The translations under genes were made by a program, and so were the position numbers. The notes below the pieces were generated by a model. It was not told the DNA's origin. It was given only the letters and a program-made list of their open reading frames with translations, and ran no database searches. From Deltaproteobacteria bacterium (GTDB lineage: Bacteria; Myxococcota_A; UBA9160; UBA6930), in assembly GCA_029261815.1 (NCBI GenBank), contig JAJDAQ010000061.1, forward strand, positions 23,965-87,964: a DNA stretch of 64,000 bases, in the 5' to 3' direction. Shown here one piece after another: positions 9,812-21,172 of this stretch. Each line of letters starts with the position of its first letter. Position 1 is the first letter of the stretch.

Positions 9812-12800
9812 AGATTGCCGACATCTCGATCGATCGGCCGGTCTTTGCCGGGATGCTCATCGTCTCGCTCGTGGTGCTGGGCCTCGTCTCGTTGCAACGA
9901 ACCGAGCTGCGTCTCGAGCCCGAGATCGACTTTCCCTACGCCTACGTCGTCACCGAACTTCGCGGCGCTTCGCCCGAAACCGTCGAACGCGAAGTCACCG
10001 ACATCCTGGAGCAGGCGCTGAACCCCATCGAGGGCATCAAGAACCTGTCTTCGACCTCGTCCCAGGGCATCTCGCGAGTCTTCATCGAGTTCGGCATTGG
10101 GTACGACGTCGATGTGAAGGCGCAGGAGGTCCGCGACAAGGTCGCATTGGCACGTCCGGACCTGCCACTCGATGTCGAATCCCCGGTCGTCCAGAAGTTC
10201 GACTTCGATTCGATCGGCTTCATGACGATCGTGATCGGTGGCAACCTCGGCCCCAAGGAACTAGCGGACTTTGCCGAGTTCGAGGTCAGAGAGCGACTCG
10301 AGCGCATTCCGGGCGTTGGCGGCGTAGCCCTCCAGGGTTCCAGGGAACGCGAAGTCCGCATCTGGCTCGACCCGCTGCGGCTCACGGGTTACGGCGTCTC
10401 GATCGACGATGTCGCGAATACCTTGCGCGCCGAGAATGCCGAGTTCGCGAGCGGTCGGCTGGAAGGCGAAGCGAAGGAATGGTCGGTCACGACCCAGGGC
10501 AAGGCCAGCAGCGTGCTCGAGTTCGGCGAAATCATCGTCGCCGAACGGGATGGTCGTGTCGTTCGGCTGCGCGACGTTGCCGTCGTCGAGGACGGGCTTG
10601 CCGAACGCAAGACCGTGGCGCGCTTCAATGGCCGGCCCGGTGTGGCCCTCGAGGTCGTCCAGCAAAGTGGCAGCGACCTGGTCGCCGCGACGCGACTCAT
10701 CCGCAAGGAACTCATCTCGATCCAGGAGACCGCACCGCCCGAGATCGAAATGACGGTCGCGCGAGACTATGCCCGCATCATCGAGGACCAGGTGGCATCC
10801 GTCCTGTTCGACATGATGCTCGCCGCCGCACTGGTCTTCGTCGTCGTCCTGATCTTCCTTCGCAACTACCGTTCGACGCTGATCGCATCCCTCGCGATTC
10901 CGACCAGCGTGATCTCGACATTCACCTTCCTCTACTGGCTCGACATCTCGCTGAACAACATGACCTTGATGGCGCTGTCGTTGTCGGTCGGCCTCGTGAT
11001 CGATGATGCGATCGTCGTGCTCGAGGGCATCTACCGGAAGATCGAAGAAGGCCACGATCGTGTGTCGGCTGCCCGCCTCGGCACGGCCTCGGTCGGTCTC
11101 GCCGTCCTGTCGACCACGGCCGCGGTCTGCGCCGTCTTCGTTCCGATCCGGTTCATGACCAGCACGATGGGGCGCTACTTCTTCGAGTTCGGTGTCACCG
11201 TCACGGCCGCCGTCGCGGTTTCGTCCCTCGTCGCGCTGACGCTGACCCCCATGCTCGCCAGCAAGTATCTGCGGCAGACGCCCAAGGAAGGCGCCTTCTT
11301 CCGAGTCTGCGAGAAAGGACTCGTCTGGATGGAGCAGCGCTATCGGCGCCTGCTCGAAGTCGCGCTCGGCTACCGCCGCGTCACCGTCGTGTTCACGATC
11401 GCGATCGTGTTCGGTGGTTGCTGGGTCCAGAGCACGGTCCCGGTCGACTACTTCACGCAGGACGACCTGAGCGAAGCCCGTGTTTCCATCGATCTACCGA
11501 TCGGGACGCCCCTCGCGGTGACCGACCGCGTGATGCGCGACGTCGAGGAAGCCATCGCACGCCATCCCGACGTGCGTGGCGTCTTCGCCTCCGCTGGCAA
11601 CGTACAGCAGCACCGCCCGAACGAGGCCGTGATCGATGTCCTCTTGATCCCCAAGGTCGAGCGCGAGAAGCCGATCGATGACACGTTCGTGGAGCTGCGA
11701 GAGATCGCCCGCGGCGCGGCGCCCTCCGTTGAGGACCTCACGGTGGGCCACCCGATGTACGCGAGTTCGAGCGGCGACGACATGGTCGACGTCGAGTACG
11801 AGCTTCGCGGGCCCGACCTCGACCGCCTCCAACGTTATGCCGCCGAGTTGATGCATCGAATGGAGAAGGAACCCGGACTCGTCGACGTCAGTTCGTCCCA
11901 CGAGACCGGCCGCCCGCAGATCACGCTCGACATCGATCGTGGTCGCGCCGCAGAAATGGGCGTCTCCGCGACCGCACTCGGTCGCACACTTCGTACCCTG
12001 CTCGCCGGCGAGAAGGTCGGCTCGTTCGAAGACCAGGGGCACCGCTACGACGTCCGCGTCCAGGTGCTTCCCGAGTACCGCGACGACCCGACCAAGCTCG
12101 ATCTGATCCGCGTGCGCTCGGTTCGCGGTGAACTGGTGCCGATCGCGAACGTCGCAAAGATCCACACCGAACTCGGCCCCGTCGAAATCCGGCGCTCGGA
12201 ACGTGCACGCGTGATCGAAGTCCGGGCGAACACGGCTGGCGATCTCTCGCTCGAACAGGCCGAGATCCTGCTCGAAGGCTGGGGCCAGGAACTCGGAATC
12301 GAAGCACCCGATGCGTTGATTGCGGGCGGCCAGAGTGAATCACGCGCGGAAGCCGCGGCCGACATTGGACTCGCGCTCGGGCTCGGAATGCTCGCGATCT
12401 ACATCATCCTCGCGTCGCTCTTCAATTCGTTGACGCAGCCGATCACGATCATGATGTCGGCTCCGCTCTCCTTCATTGGCGGCTTCCTCGCGCTCAAGCT
12501 CGCGGGTCAGAGCATGGACATCATGAGCAACATGGGGCTGCTCGTCCTGATGGGCCTCGTGATGAAGAACGGCATCCTGCTCGTCGACTACATCACGCAG
12601 CTCCGCGAATCGGGGATGGACCGCGATCAGGCGATCCTCGAGGCGGGCCCCGTGCGCATGCGCCCGGTCCTCATGACATCGGGCGCGCTCGTGTTCGGCC
12701 TGCTTCCGATGGCGCTCTCGACGGCAACCGGTGCCGAGTTCCGTGCGCCGATGGCCTGGATCGTGATCGGAGGCCTGGCGACGTCGACCGCGTTGACCCT

Positions 12801-12933
12801 GGTCATCGTGCCCGTTGTCTACACGCTGATCGACAGTGCAGCGGAAAGCACCAAGAACGCCGTACGATGGGTGGCGTCGGGCGGAAAGCGCAGCGACGCA
12901 CCAAAGAGCGAACCCAACCCCCTGGAGATCTGA
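9808..12933 (+). CDS. RND efflux permease (AcrB/MdtB-like)
   Basis: 1041 aa; GLVIDDAIVV, KNGILLVD, RMRPVLMT. Confidence 0.96.
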   Translation: MKIADISIDRPVFAGMLIVSLVVLGLVSLQRTELRLEPEIDFPYAYVVTELRGASPETVEREVTDILEQALNPIEGIKNLSSTSSQGISRVFIEFGIGYDVDVKAQEVRDKVALARPDLPLDVESPVVQKFDFDSIGFMTIVIGGNLGPKELADFAEFEVRERLERIPGVGGVALQGSREREVRIWLDPLRLTGYGVSIDDVANTLRAENAEFASGRLEGEAKEWSVTTQGKASSVLEFGEIIVAERDGRVVRLRDVAVVEDGLAERKTVARFNGRPGVALEVVQQSGSDLVAATRLIRKELISIQETAPPEIEMTVARDYARIIEDQVASVLFDMMLAAALVFVVVLIFLRNYRSTLIASLAIPTSVISTFTFLYWLDISLNNMTLMALSLSVGLVIDDAIVVLEGIYRKIEEGHDRVSAARLGTASVGLAVLSTTAAVCAVFVPIRFMTSTMGRYFFEFGVTVTAAVAVSSLVALTLTPMLASKYLRQTPKEGAFFRVCEKGLVWMEQRYRRLLEVALGYRRVTVVFTIAIVFGGCWVQSTVPVDYFTQDDLSEARVSIDLPIGTPLAVTDRVMRDVEEAIARHPDVRGVFASAGNVQQHRPNEAVIDVLLIPKVEREKPIDDTFVELREIARGAAPSVEDLTVGHPMYASSSGDDMVDVEYELRGPDLDRLQRYAAELMHRMEKEPGLVDVSSSHETGRPQITLDIDRGRAAEMGVSATALGRTLRTLLAGEKVGSFEDQGHRYDVRVQVLPEYRDDPTKLDLIRVRSVRGELVPIANVAKIHTELGPVEIRRSERARVIEVRANTAGDLSLEQAEILLEGWGQELGIEAPDALIAGGQSESRAEAAADIGLALGLGMLAIYIILASLFNSLTQPITIMMSAPLSFIGGFLALKLAGQSMDIMSNMGLLVLMGLVMKNGILLVDYITQLRESGMDRDQAILEAGPVRMRPVLMTSGALVFGLLPMALSTATGAEFRAPMAWIVIGGLATSTALTLVIVPVVYTLIDSAAESTKNAVRWVASGGKRSDAPKSEPNPLEI

Positions 12934-13622
12934 TGGAGAAGCTGGTCTACGTCGTCTGGAAGCGCGAGGGCGACTCCCACGAAGACTTCAAACGCCGCCT
13001 GCACGACGAAGTCGTTCCCGCATTGAAGACGGTGCCGGTCGAACGCATCCGCGTTTCGGTCACCGACGACGTCGTCGCACACGGCACGCCGATCGGCACG
13101 ATGGACCCGGGCAAGAGCGGCATCGTCACGTGCTGGATCGAGCAGAGCCAGGACCACGCCGCTGTCGAGGCAATCCTCGACCCCGCGTGTGGACGCGCCG
13201 AGGGCTACCTCGTCGTCGAGTCGCGACCCATCATCGGGAAGGAACTCGATACCCAGCCCGGCGAACGCACCCCCGGGTCGGCCCAGGTCACGTGCATCGT
13301 GAAGCGCGAAGGCCTTTCTCACGAGGAGTTCCTTGCGGTCTGGTACGGCGAACATCGCGCCGTAGCCACCGATACGCAGGACACGTTCGGCTATGTGCGC
13401 AACGAGATCGTGCGTGCCTTGACGCCGAACGCGCCCGCCTGGACGGCCGTGGTCGAGGAGAACTTCCCGATCGAGGCGCTGACCAACCCCGAGGTCTTCT
13501 ACGACGCGGTCGGCGACCCCGAGAAGCTGAAGCGGAACGCGAAGATCATGATGGACACGTGCTCCAAGTTCCTCGATCTGTCGAAGATCGAGGCCCATCA
13601 TTGCAGCCAGTACGACTTCTAG
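12933..13622 (+). CDS. EthD-domain (dimeric alpha-beta barrel) protein
   Basis: KREGLSHEEFLAVWYGEH, YVRN; related N-terminal half. Confidence 0.75.
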   Translation: MEKLVYVVWKREGDSHEDFKRRLHDEVVPALKTVPVERIRVSVTDDVVAHGTPIGTMDPGKSGIVTCWIEQSQDHAAVEAILDPACGRAEGYLVVESRPIIGKELDTQPGERTPGSAQVTCIVKREGLSHEEFLAVWYGEHRAVATDTQDTFGYVRNEIVRALTPNAPAWTAVVEENFPIEALTNPEVFYDAVGDPEKLKRNAKIMMDTCSKFLDLSKIEAHHCSQYDF

Positions 13623-13635
13623 CGGGAGACCCTCC

Positions 13636-14013
13636 TTGGCCAAGGTTCGCGACCCGCTCGGCAAGATGCGCAAGATCATTGCCCAATGGCCGGAGACGGA
13701 CGAACGCCTCTCTCACGGCTCTCCGACCTTCTGGGGCGGCAAGAAGACCTTCGCGAACTTCCACGACAACCATCACGACGACGGCCGGCGGGCGATCTGG
13801 TTCAAGGCGCCACCCGGGATGCAAGGAGAACTCGTCGAAGCCGATCCCGATCTCTTCTTCGTACCCCCCTACGTCGGACCCAGCGGCTGGGCGGCCGTTC
13901 GGGTGGACCGTGACGTCGATTGGAACATGATCGAAGGGCTGCTCGAGCAGGGCTATCGCCTGGTCGCCCCGAAGCGGGCGATCAAACTGCTCGACGAAGC
14001 GGCCGCAAAGTAG
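13636..14013 (+). CDS. MmcQ/YjbR family protein
   Basis: SHGSPTF, FFVPPYVGPSGW, YRLVAPK. Confidence 0.85.
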   Translation: MAKVRDPLGKMRKIIAQWPETDERLSHGSPTFWGGKKTFANFHDNHHDDGRRAIWFKAPPGMQGELVEADPDLFFVPPYVGPSGWAAVRVDRDVDWNMIEGLLEQGYRLVAPKRAIKLLDEAAAK

Positions 14014-14029
14014 GGCCACCGCGAAGGCC

Positions 14030-14473
14030 TCAGCCATCGACTCCGGGTAGGCCCGCCGTCGGGCTCGGCGGCCGGTGTTCGAACTGGGGAAGGTCGTCGG
14101 CAACCTCGTTCCACACCGCCTTCTGGCCAACGAAGGCATGGCGGAAGGGTCGCGTGCCCGGATCGTCGTCGAGAATTCCGGGATTGAGCATGACGAATGG
14201 CGTGCCCGTGATCTGGCACGGAAGCGGCGAGCCACAGGTCCGGCAGAACGCACGACGATAGGCGGGCGGTTCTTCGAGCAACGGGGCCTCGTAGACCTGG
14301 ACCAGGTCCTCGCCCGTGAGCCATCGCAACTCGGCAACGGGCGCCAGCATTTCCGGCGCGGCCGCCGCGCCACTGGCTTTCCGGCAACGCGCAGCATGGC
14401 AGAACTGCATCGGCGTCAGATCGCCGCCCGCTTCGAACGTCACACCCCCACACAGACAGCTTCCCCGAGCCAT
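14030..14473 (-). CDS. GFA/CENP-V family protein
   Basis: GSCLCGGV, CHAARCRK, FCRTCGS. Confidence 0.88.
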   Translation of the reverse strand: MARGSCLCGGVTFEAGGDLTPMQFCHAARCRKASGAAAAPEMLAPVAELRWLTGEDLVQVYEAPLLEEPPAYRRAFCRTCGSPLPCQITGTPFVMLNPGILDDDPGTRPFRHAFVGQKAVWNEVADDLPQFEHRPPSPTAGLPGVDG

Positions 14474-15033
14474 TACTCGCCTCCTCCGAGCGCGCGATCG
14501 AGCGCCCACCAATGGAATGCCGCGATCACGAGCGCGTGGTCGACATCGCCGGCGCGAAGGCGATCAGGAATTTCGGCCTCGGGCACGAGTTCCACCGTCG
14601 TCTCTTCGTTGGCGCTGTTCTGGATCTCGCCCTCCTGGACACAAGCCTCGGCCAGGTAGGTGTAGACGCGATTGCCGAAGAGTGCAGGATTCGGGTTGAC
14701 GGTGCCGATCTCGCGTACCGACCCCGCCCGGTAGCCGGTCTCTTCCCGAAGCTCCCGCGCGGCCGCGGTCGCCGGGTCTTCGCCCGGGTCCACGAGGCCT
14801 CCGGGGATCTCGAGGGTATTGGCGCGCAGGCCATGCCGGAACTGATGGACCATCACCACGTCGCCGGCCATCGTCACCGGGATGACATTCACCCAAGCGC
14901 CGGAATCGATGCGATAGAACGGGCGGGTCCTGCCGTCGCGCGGCGACCGCGTCCATGAGCGGCTCACGTCGAAGACCGCACAGTCCTGCAAGTGTTCGCG
15001 TCCAATCTCGGGCCAGGGCTTCGGTTGACTCAT
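14473..15033 (-). CDS. Nudix hydrolase (ADP-ribose pyrophosphatase-like)
   Basis: GGLVDPGEDPATAAARELREETGY Nudix box; QFRH. Confidence 0.92.
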   Translation of the reverse strand: MSQPKPWPEIGREHLQDCAVFDVSRSWTRSPRDGRTRPFYRIDSGAWVNVIPVTMAGDVVMVHQFRHGLRANTLEIPGGLVDPGEDPATAAARELREETGYRAGSVREIGTVNPNPALFGNRVYTYLAEACVQEGEIQNSANEETTVELVPEAEIPDRLRAGDVDHALVIAAFHWWALDRALGGGE

Positions 15034-15077
15034 GAGCCGAGGCTAGCGCGACAGTATCGCCTACCCTCCGGCTCCTC

Positions 15078-17150
15078 ATGGACGGTCGATTGCGGAACAT
15101 CGTCGGTTGGCGACGCGGCGGGCACCTCTTCACGGTGGCGGTCGCTGTTGCCTGTGGCCTGGCTGGCGCTTTCGGCGCCGTGGTCTTTCGCCTGCTGATC
15201 CGCGTCTTCCAGGCCCTCTTCTTTGAAGGCGCCGACGGCGTCGTGGCTGTCTGGGAAGAGGGACTCCTGGCCGAAGCCGGCGACCCACGCGCCGTCGCGG
15301 AGACCCTCAGCCCCCTCCGTCTCATCTGGGTACCCGCCCTCGGCGGCTTGATCGTCGGTCCGCTCGTCTGGTTCCTGGCGCGTGAGGCCAAGGGCCACGG
15401 CGTCCCCGAGGTCATGGAGGCCGTCGCACTGAGGGGCGGCGTCATGCGACCTCGCGTCGTGATGGCCAAGACGTTGGCTTCGGCTGTCTCGATCGGCAGC
15501 GGCGGGAGCGTCGGCCGCGAGGGCCCGATCGTACAGATCGGGTCCGCCATCGGAAGCGTGTTAGGCCAATGGTTGGGCGTCCCGACGCGACAGCTTCGCA
15601 CGATCGTCGGCTGCGGCGCCGCGGCTGGAATTGCCGCGACGTTCAATGCCCCAATCGCGGGTGCACTGTTCGCGGTCGAAGTCATCGTTGGCGACTTCGC
15701 CGTCACTCAGTTCTCGCCCATCGTGATCTCGGCCGTCGTCGCTACCGTGGTCTCGCGATACTTCCTGGGCAACGAGCCCGCATTCCCGATTCCCGACTAC
15801 GAAGTCGGCGGCCCACTCGAGTTGCTTCCCTTCATGGTGGTCGGGCTCGCGGCCGGCATCATCGGCACCGCCTTCGTTCGCGTGCTCTATCGGACCGAGG
15901 ACATCTTCACCTCGATCCCGATCCCTGAGTGGTCCAAGGCCTCGGTCGGTGGATTGATGATCGGCGGCATCGCGATCCAGTTCCCGCATGTCCTCGGTGT
16001 CGGCTACAGCACGATCGGCGATGCCCTCGCGGGCGAACTCTCGATGACGATGCTGGGCATGCTGTTGGCGATCAAGATCCTGGCCACGTCGATCACGATC
16101 GGTTCGGGCGGGAGCGGCGGCATCTTCGCGCCTTCCCTCTTCCTGGGCGCCATGACCGGTGGCTTCTTCGGCAAGGCCATGAACGGCTGGTTCCCGAGCT
16201 TCTCGTCCGACTCGGGTCTCTATGCCCTGGTCACCATGGGGGCCGTGGTCGCGGCGACGACCCATGCACCGCTCTCGGCCATCATCATCATCTTCGAGCT
16301 GACGCAGGAAATCGACATCATCCCGCCCGTGATGGCCGCTGCCGTCGTCTCGAGCATGCTGGCGATGCGCCTCTCCCGCGACTCGATCTACACGATGAAG
16401 CTCATGCGCCGCGGCATCGACCTGAAGAAGGAAGACGACCCCGACGTCCTCAAGAGCATGTACGTCCGCGAGATCGTGGACGAATCGCCCGGTGTCGTGT
16501 CCGCATCGGCACAGCTCGATGAAGTGCTGATGCACGTCGTCGAAGGGGACCACACCGAACTGTTCGTCGTGAACGAAGCCGATGAGTTGCTAGGTGCGAT
16601 CCATTTCTCCGAGCTCCGCCGGATCATTCTCGAACAAGATGCCTTGCGCGGCGTGATCGTGGCGAGCGACCTCCTCGAGCCCCACCGCGCTCGCGTGACG
16701 CTGGACGACAACCTGGCCACGGCGATGCAGCTGCTCTCGAACGACGAGGTGGAAGAAATCCCCGTCGTCGATGCCGACAACCCGCGCTCCCTCATCGGTT
16801 CGATCCACAAGCGCGACGTCATGTCCGCCTACAGCCGCGAGATCATGCGCCGCGACCTGGCGGGTGGTGTCGGCTCCACGGTGGCCGTCGTCGACCGCGT
16901 TCACCAGGTCGACCTCGGCGGCGGCTTCGTGGTCCAGGAGGTCATCGCTCCCGGTGAGTTCCACGGCCGCACGCTGCGAGACCTCGACCTGCGCGCGCAG
17001 CACGGGGTGCAGGTCCTGTTGCTCCGGAGCCCCACCGAAGACGGCGGCCGCCTGATTCGCGTTCCCGGGCCCATGGATCTCGTCGCCCCGGGCGACCGTC
17101 TGGTCCTCGCAGGCCCGAAGGACGCCGTCGACACCATCGCCGGGCGTTAG
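15078..17150 (+). CDS. ClC chloride channel/antiporter with CBS pair and TrkA-C domain
   Basis: GHGVPEV, GREGP, GGIFAP; C-terminal GRTLRDLDLR...GDRLVLAG. Confidence 0.93.
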   Translation: MDGRLRNIVGWRRGGHLFTVAVAVACGLAGAFGAVVFRLLIRVFQALFFEGADGVVAVWEEGLLAEAGDPRAVAETLSPLRLIWVPALGGLIVGPLVWFLAREAKGHGVPEVMEAVALRGGVMRPRVVMAKTLASAVSIGSGGSVGREGPIVQIGSAIGSVLGQWLGVPTRQLRTIVGCGAAAGIAATFNAPIAGALFAVEVIVGDFAVTQFSPIVISAVVATVVSRYFLGNEPAFPIPDYEVGGPLELLPFMVVGLAAGIIGTAFVRVLYRTEDIFTSIPIPEWSKASVGGLMIGGIAIQFPHVLGVGYSTIGDALAGELSMTMLGMLLAIKILATSITIGSGGSGGIFAPSLFLGAMTGGFFGKAMNGWFPSFSSDSGLYALVTMGAVVAATTHAPLSAIIIIFELTQEIDIIPPVMAAAVVSSMLAMRLSRDSIYTMKLMRRGIDLKKEDDPDVLKSMYVREIVDESPGVVSASAQLDEVLMHVVEGDHTELFVVNEADELLGAIHFSELRRIILEQDALRGVIVASDLLEPHRARVTLDDNLATAMQLLSNDEVEEIPVVDADNPRSLIGSIHKRDVMSAYSREIMRRDLAGGVGSTVAVVDRVHQVDLGGGFVVQEVIAPGEFHGRTLRDLDLRAQHGVQVLLLRSPTEDGGRLIRVPGPMDLVAPGDRLVLAGPKDAVDTIAGR

Positions 17151-17158
17151 GCGACGTT

Positions 17159-17731
17159 CTAGAGGACCTCGTCGATCTCGATCGCGATGCCGCTGTCGCC
17201 GGGCGAATGCGGCGTGAGCGCCGCACCCTGGAGGTCGCCGGGGTTTCGGGTCATCGCATTGCCGTCCGCGTCCACGCGAACGGTGATCGCGAACGGCCCC
17301 TGGAACGGCATCTGCTCGATCATGAGATGCTCCGGTCCGATCGCGAAGGACATGGGAAACGTGGGATCCGGCACGCGCAGCACCGCGGTCGGCGGCCCCG
17401 ACGGCCCCATCCGTGCGATCACGAACAAGATCGCCCCCTCGGGCACGCTTCCGGCCAGCGCCGGAGCGACACGCAACGTCCCGCGCATCGCTTCACCGGA
17501 CCCCGACCGCGCCTGAGGCGGCGCGGGAGCCCCACCGCTCTCGCCAGGGCCGGGCATGATCGGAGCCATCCCCTGATCGCCCTGCGCGGCTTCCGGGAAG
17601 ATCCGCCCAAGATCGGGCTCCGCGACCGCATCGTCCGTAAACGGCTCGATGTTCCGGTCACACCCCAGACCCCCTCCCAAAGAAAGGGCCCCGAGCAAGA
17701 CACCAACGCCGACGACTGATCCGATATGCAT
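17159..17731 (-). CDS. Lipoprotein with CcmH/CycH-like C-terminal Ig domain
   Basis: GLGC lipobox; LFVIAR..GPPTAV..FPMSFAIG..VRVDADGNA..PGDL. Confidence 0.65.
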   Translation of the reverse strand: MHIGSVVGVGVLLGALSLGGGLGCDRNIEPFTDDAVAEPDLGRIFPEAAQGDQGMAPIMPGPGESGGAPAPPQARSGSGEAMRGTLRVAPALAGSVPEGAILFVIARMGPSGPPTAVLRVPDPTFPMSFAIGPEHLMIEQMPFQGPFAITVRVDADGNAMTRNPGDLQGAALTPHSPGDSGIAIEIDEVL

Positions 17732-17793
17732 CGACGAAATCTAGCCGCCACCCGGCACCCCGTCCTCGACCCCGGAACGGAAGCCCAACTCGA

Positions 17794-17974
17794 GCCAGCG
17801 GCCGGCGGGGCGATGGCATGTGGAGACGAAGTCAAGCGCAGCTCGGGGTGGCCGGCGGAGGCAAGCCGGGCTCGGGCGAAGCCCGTCTGCCCGAAACCCC
17901 GTCCCCCAACGCATCGGAGACCCACGAGAGCGAGCCATTCGTCGGAACGTGCCATCGCTCCGCCGGCCGCTGGC
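17794..17974 (+). repeat. 181-nt structured element closed by a 28-bp inverted repeat
   Basis: 17794-17821 pairs with 17947-17974 (26 Watson-Crick + 2 G-U); nested inner stems. Confidence 0.7.
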
Positions 17975-18041
17975 GCCGCCCAGGCTCCCACCCCAAGGAA
18001 TCGGGCACGCGCCCGTCCCGCGTGCGCTAGCTTCGCCAACA

Positions 18042-18141
18042 CAGCCTGGGGGTGGACCCAGTGGTGCAAGTCGCGCTGCGAGGGATCCTGAGATGACACC
18101 CTTGGAACCTGATCTCGTTCGCGCGAGCGTAGGGAAGGCTG
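18042..18141 (+). ncRNA. TPP riboswitch
   Basis: GGGGTG...CTGAGA...ACCCTTGGAACCTGATC...AGCGTAGGGAA with P1 CAGCC/GGCTG, upstream of thiC. Confidence 0.92.
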
Positions 18142-18227
18142 GTCCGTCGGAACCGTGACCGCAGGCTCGCCCTGCCACCCTTCCCCGGCCCGTCCCCCGT
18201 GCTCCGCCCTCCCAAAGGAGCGTGACC

Positions 18228-19964
<1,737 letters not shown>

Positions 19965-19999
19965 AGCGCCGGCCACCTCGTTGGCCCGTGAATGCAAGA

Positions 20000-20029
20000 G
20001 CGCCCCGGAAACTCTCGTTTCCGGGGCGC
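20000..20029. terminator. 13-bp stem-loop after thiC
   Basis: GCGCCCCGGAAAC-TCTC-GTTTCCGGGGCGC; weak U-tract. Confidence 0.6.
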
Positions 20030-20137
20030 CACGTTCTCCGAGAGTCACCCCCCCTTGGATCAGCTCGGATACTTGAAGACTGTTTCGGCATCCAACCCGG
20101 GGACTTGAGGAAAAACCTGCGCACGGGGTGCATTTCA

Positions 20138-21172
20138 ATGGGTACGCAACTCCACCTCAGCGATGAGCAGCTTCCGGAGTACCTGCGAGGGTTGGGGCTC
20201 GCTGGACGCGATGAACGCGTGTCGGTGGAAACCGCGGGCGACGGCAACATCAATTGGGTGAGAAGGGCCACGATCGAAGGAAGCGAACATCGCTCCCTGA
20301 TCGTCAAACAGGCCCGCCCGCAGCTCGAGAAATTTCCCGAGTACGAGGCGCCGCCCGCACGCCTGGCCTTCGAGGCCCGTTGGTTCGAATTGGCGGCCCC
20401 CCATGACCCGGATGGGATCTGCCCCCACATTCTCCACTTCGACGCGGACAACCACGTCCTGCTGATGGAAGACCTCGGCCACTGCGAGCGGTTGGACGCT
20501 GCGCTCGCGCGCGGCGCCGATGTCTCGGAGGCAGCCGTCGCGCTTGCGACCTTCCTCGGCCGCCTGCAGTCCGCGACCGCGGGCGACAGCTCGCTGGTCG
20601 CGGAGTTCGAAAACGAAACCATGCAGCGCCTCCACGGCGACCACATCTTCACGCTTCCGTACCAGGAAGAGTTCCCGTGCCCGCCTGGGACCGCGCGCCG
20701 CGCTGCCGAGATCCGCGAAGACCGCGAACTGCGCGAGATCGCCGCGACCGCGTACGCACGATTCCTCACTCCGGATGGCGTCCTGGTCCACGCGGACGTC
20801 CAGGCCGGCAACGTGCTTCTCGACGTCGGTGGCGCGAAGCCCCGCCTCCTCGACGCCGAGATCGCGCACATCGGCGACCCGGCGTTCGATCCGGGAACGC
20901 TGCTCGCGCACCTGGCCTTGCCCGCGCTCGCCCGTGGCGAAGCGATCCCAACCGCCCTGTTGCGCAACACCTGGGATGGTTATTCGCGTTCTGCCGGCAG
21001 CGCGGCGGCTCCGATCGTGGAGAGCCTCCGCATCGCGGGGCTCGAACTCATCCGCCGCACGATTGGTGCCGCACGCGTGAGCGCGGTTGCGCGCGACGAC
21101 GCCGGGATGCGCGTCCTCGATGCCGGAGTGGAGTGGGTGCGTACGCCTGGATCGGTGGACCTGTCGTCCTAG
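20138..21172 (+). CDS. Methylthioribose-kinase-like phosphotransferase
   Basis: GDGNINWV, IVKQARP, HADVQAGNV, DAEIAHIGDPAFD, ELIRRTIG. Confidence 0.75.
   Translation: MGTQLHLSDEQLPEYLRGLGLAGRDERVSVETAGDGNINWVRRATIEGSEHRSLIVKQARPQLEKFPEYEAPPARLAFEARWFELAAPHDPDGICPHILHFDADNHVLLMEDLGHCERLDAALARGADVSEAAVALATFLGRLQSATAGDSSLVAEFENETMQRLHGDHIFTLPYQEEFPCPPGTARRAAEIREDRELREIAATAYARFLTPDGVLVHADVQAGNVLLDVGGAKPRLLDAEIAHIGDPAFDPGTLLAHLALPALARGEAIPTALLRNTWDGYSRSAGSAAAPIVESLRIAGLELIRRTIGAARVSAVARDDAGMRVLDAGVEWVRTPGSVDLSS

Noticed and set aside
17794-17974. 6S RNA call
   Set aside because: Length fits, but the interior is branched and GC-rich without a typical central bubble; left as unknown
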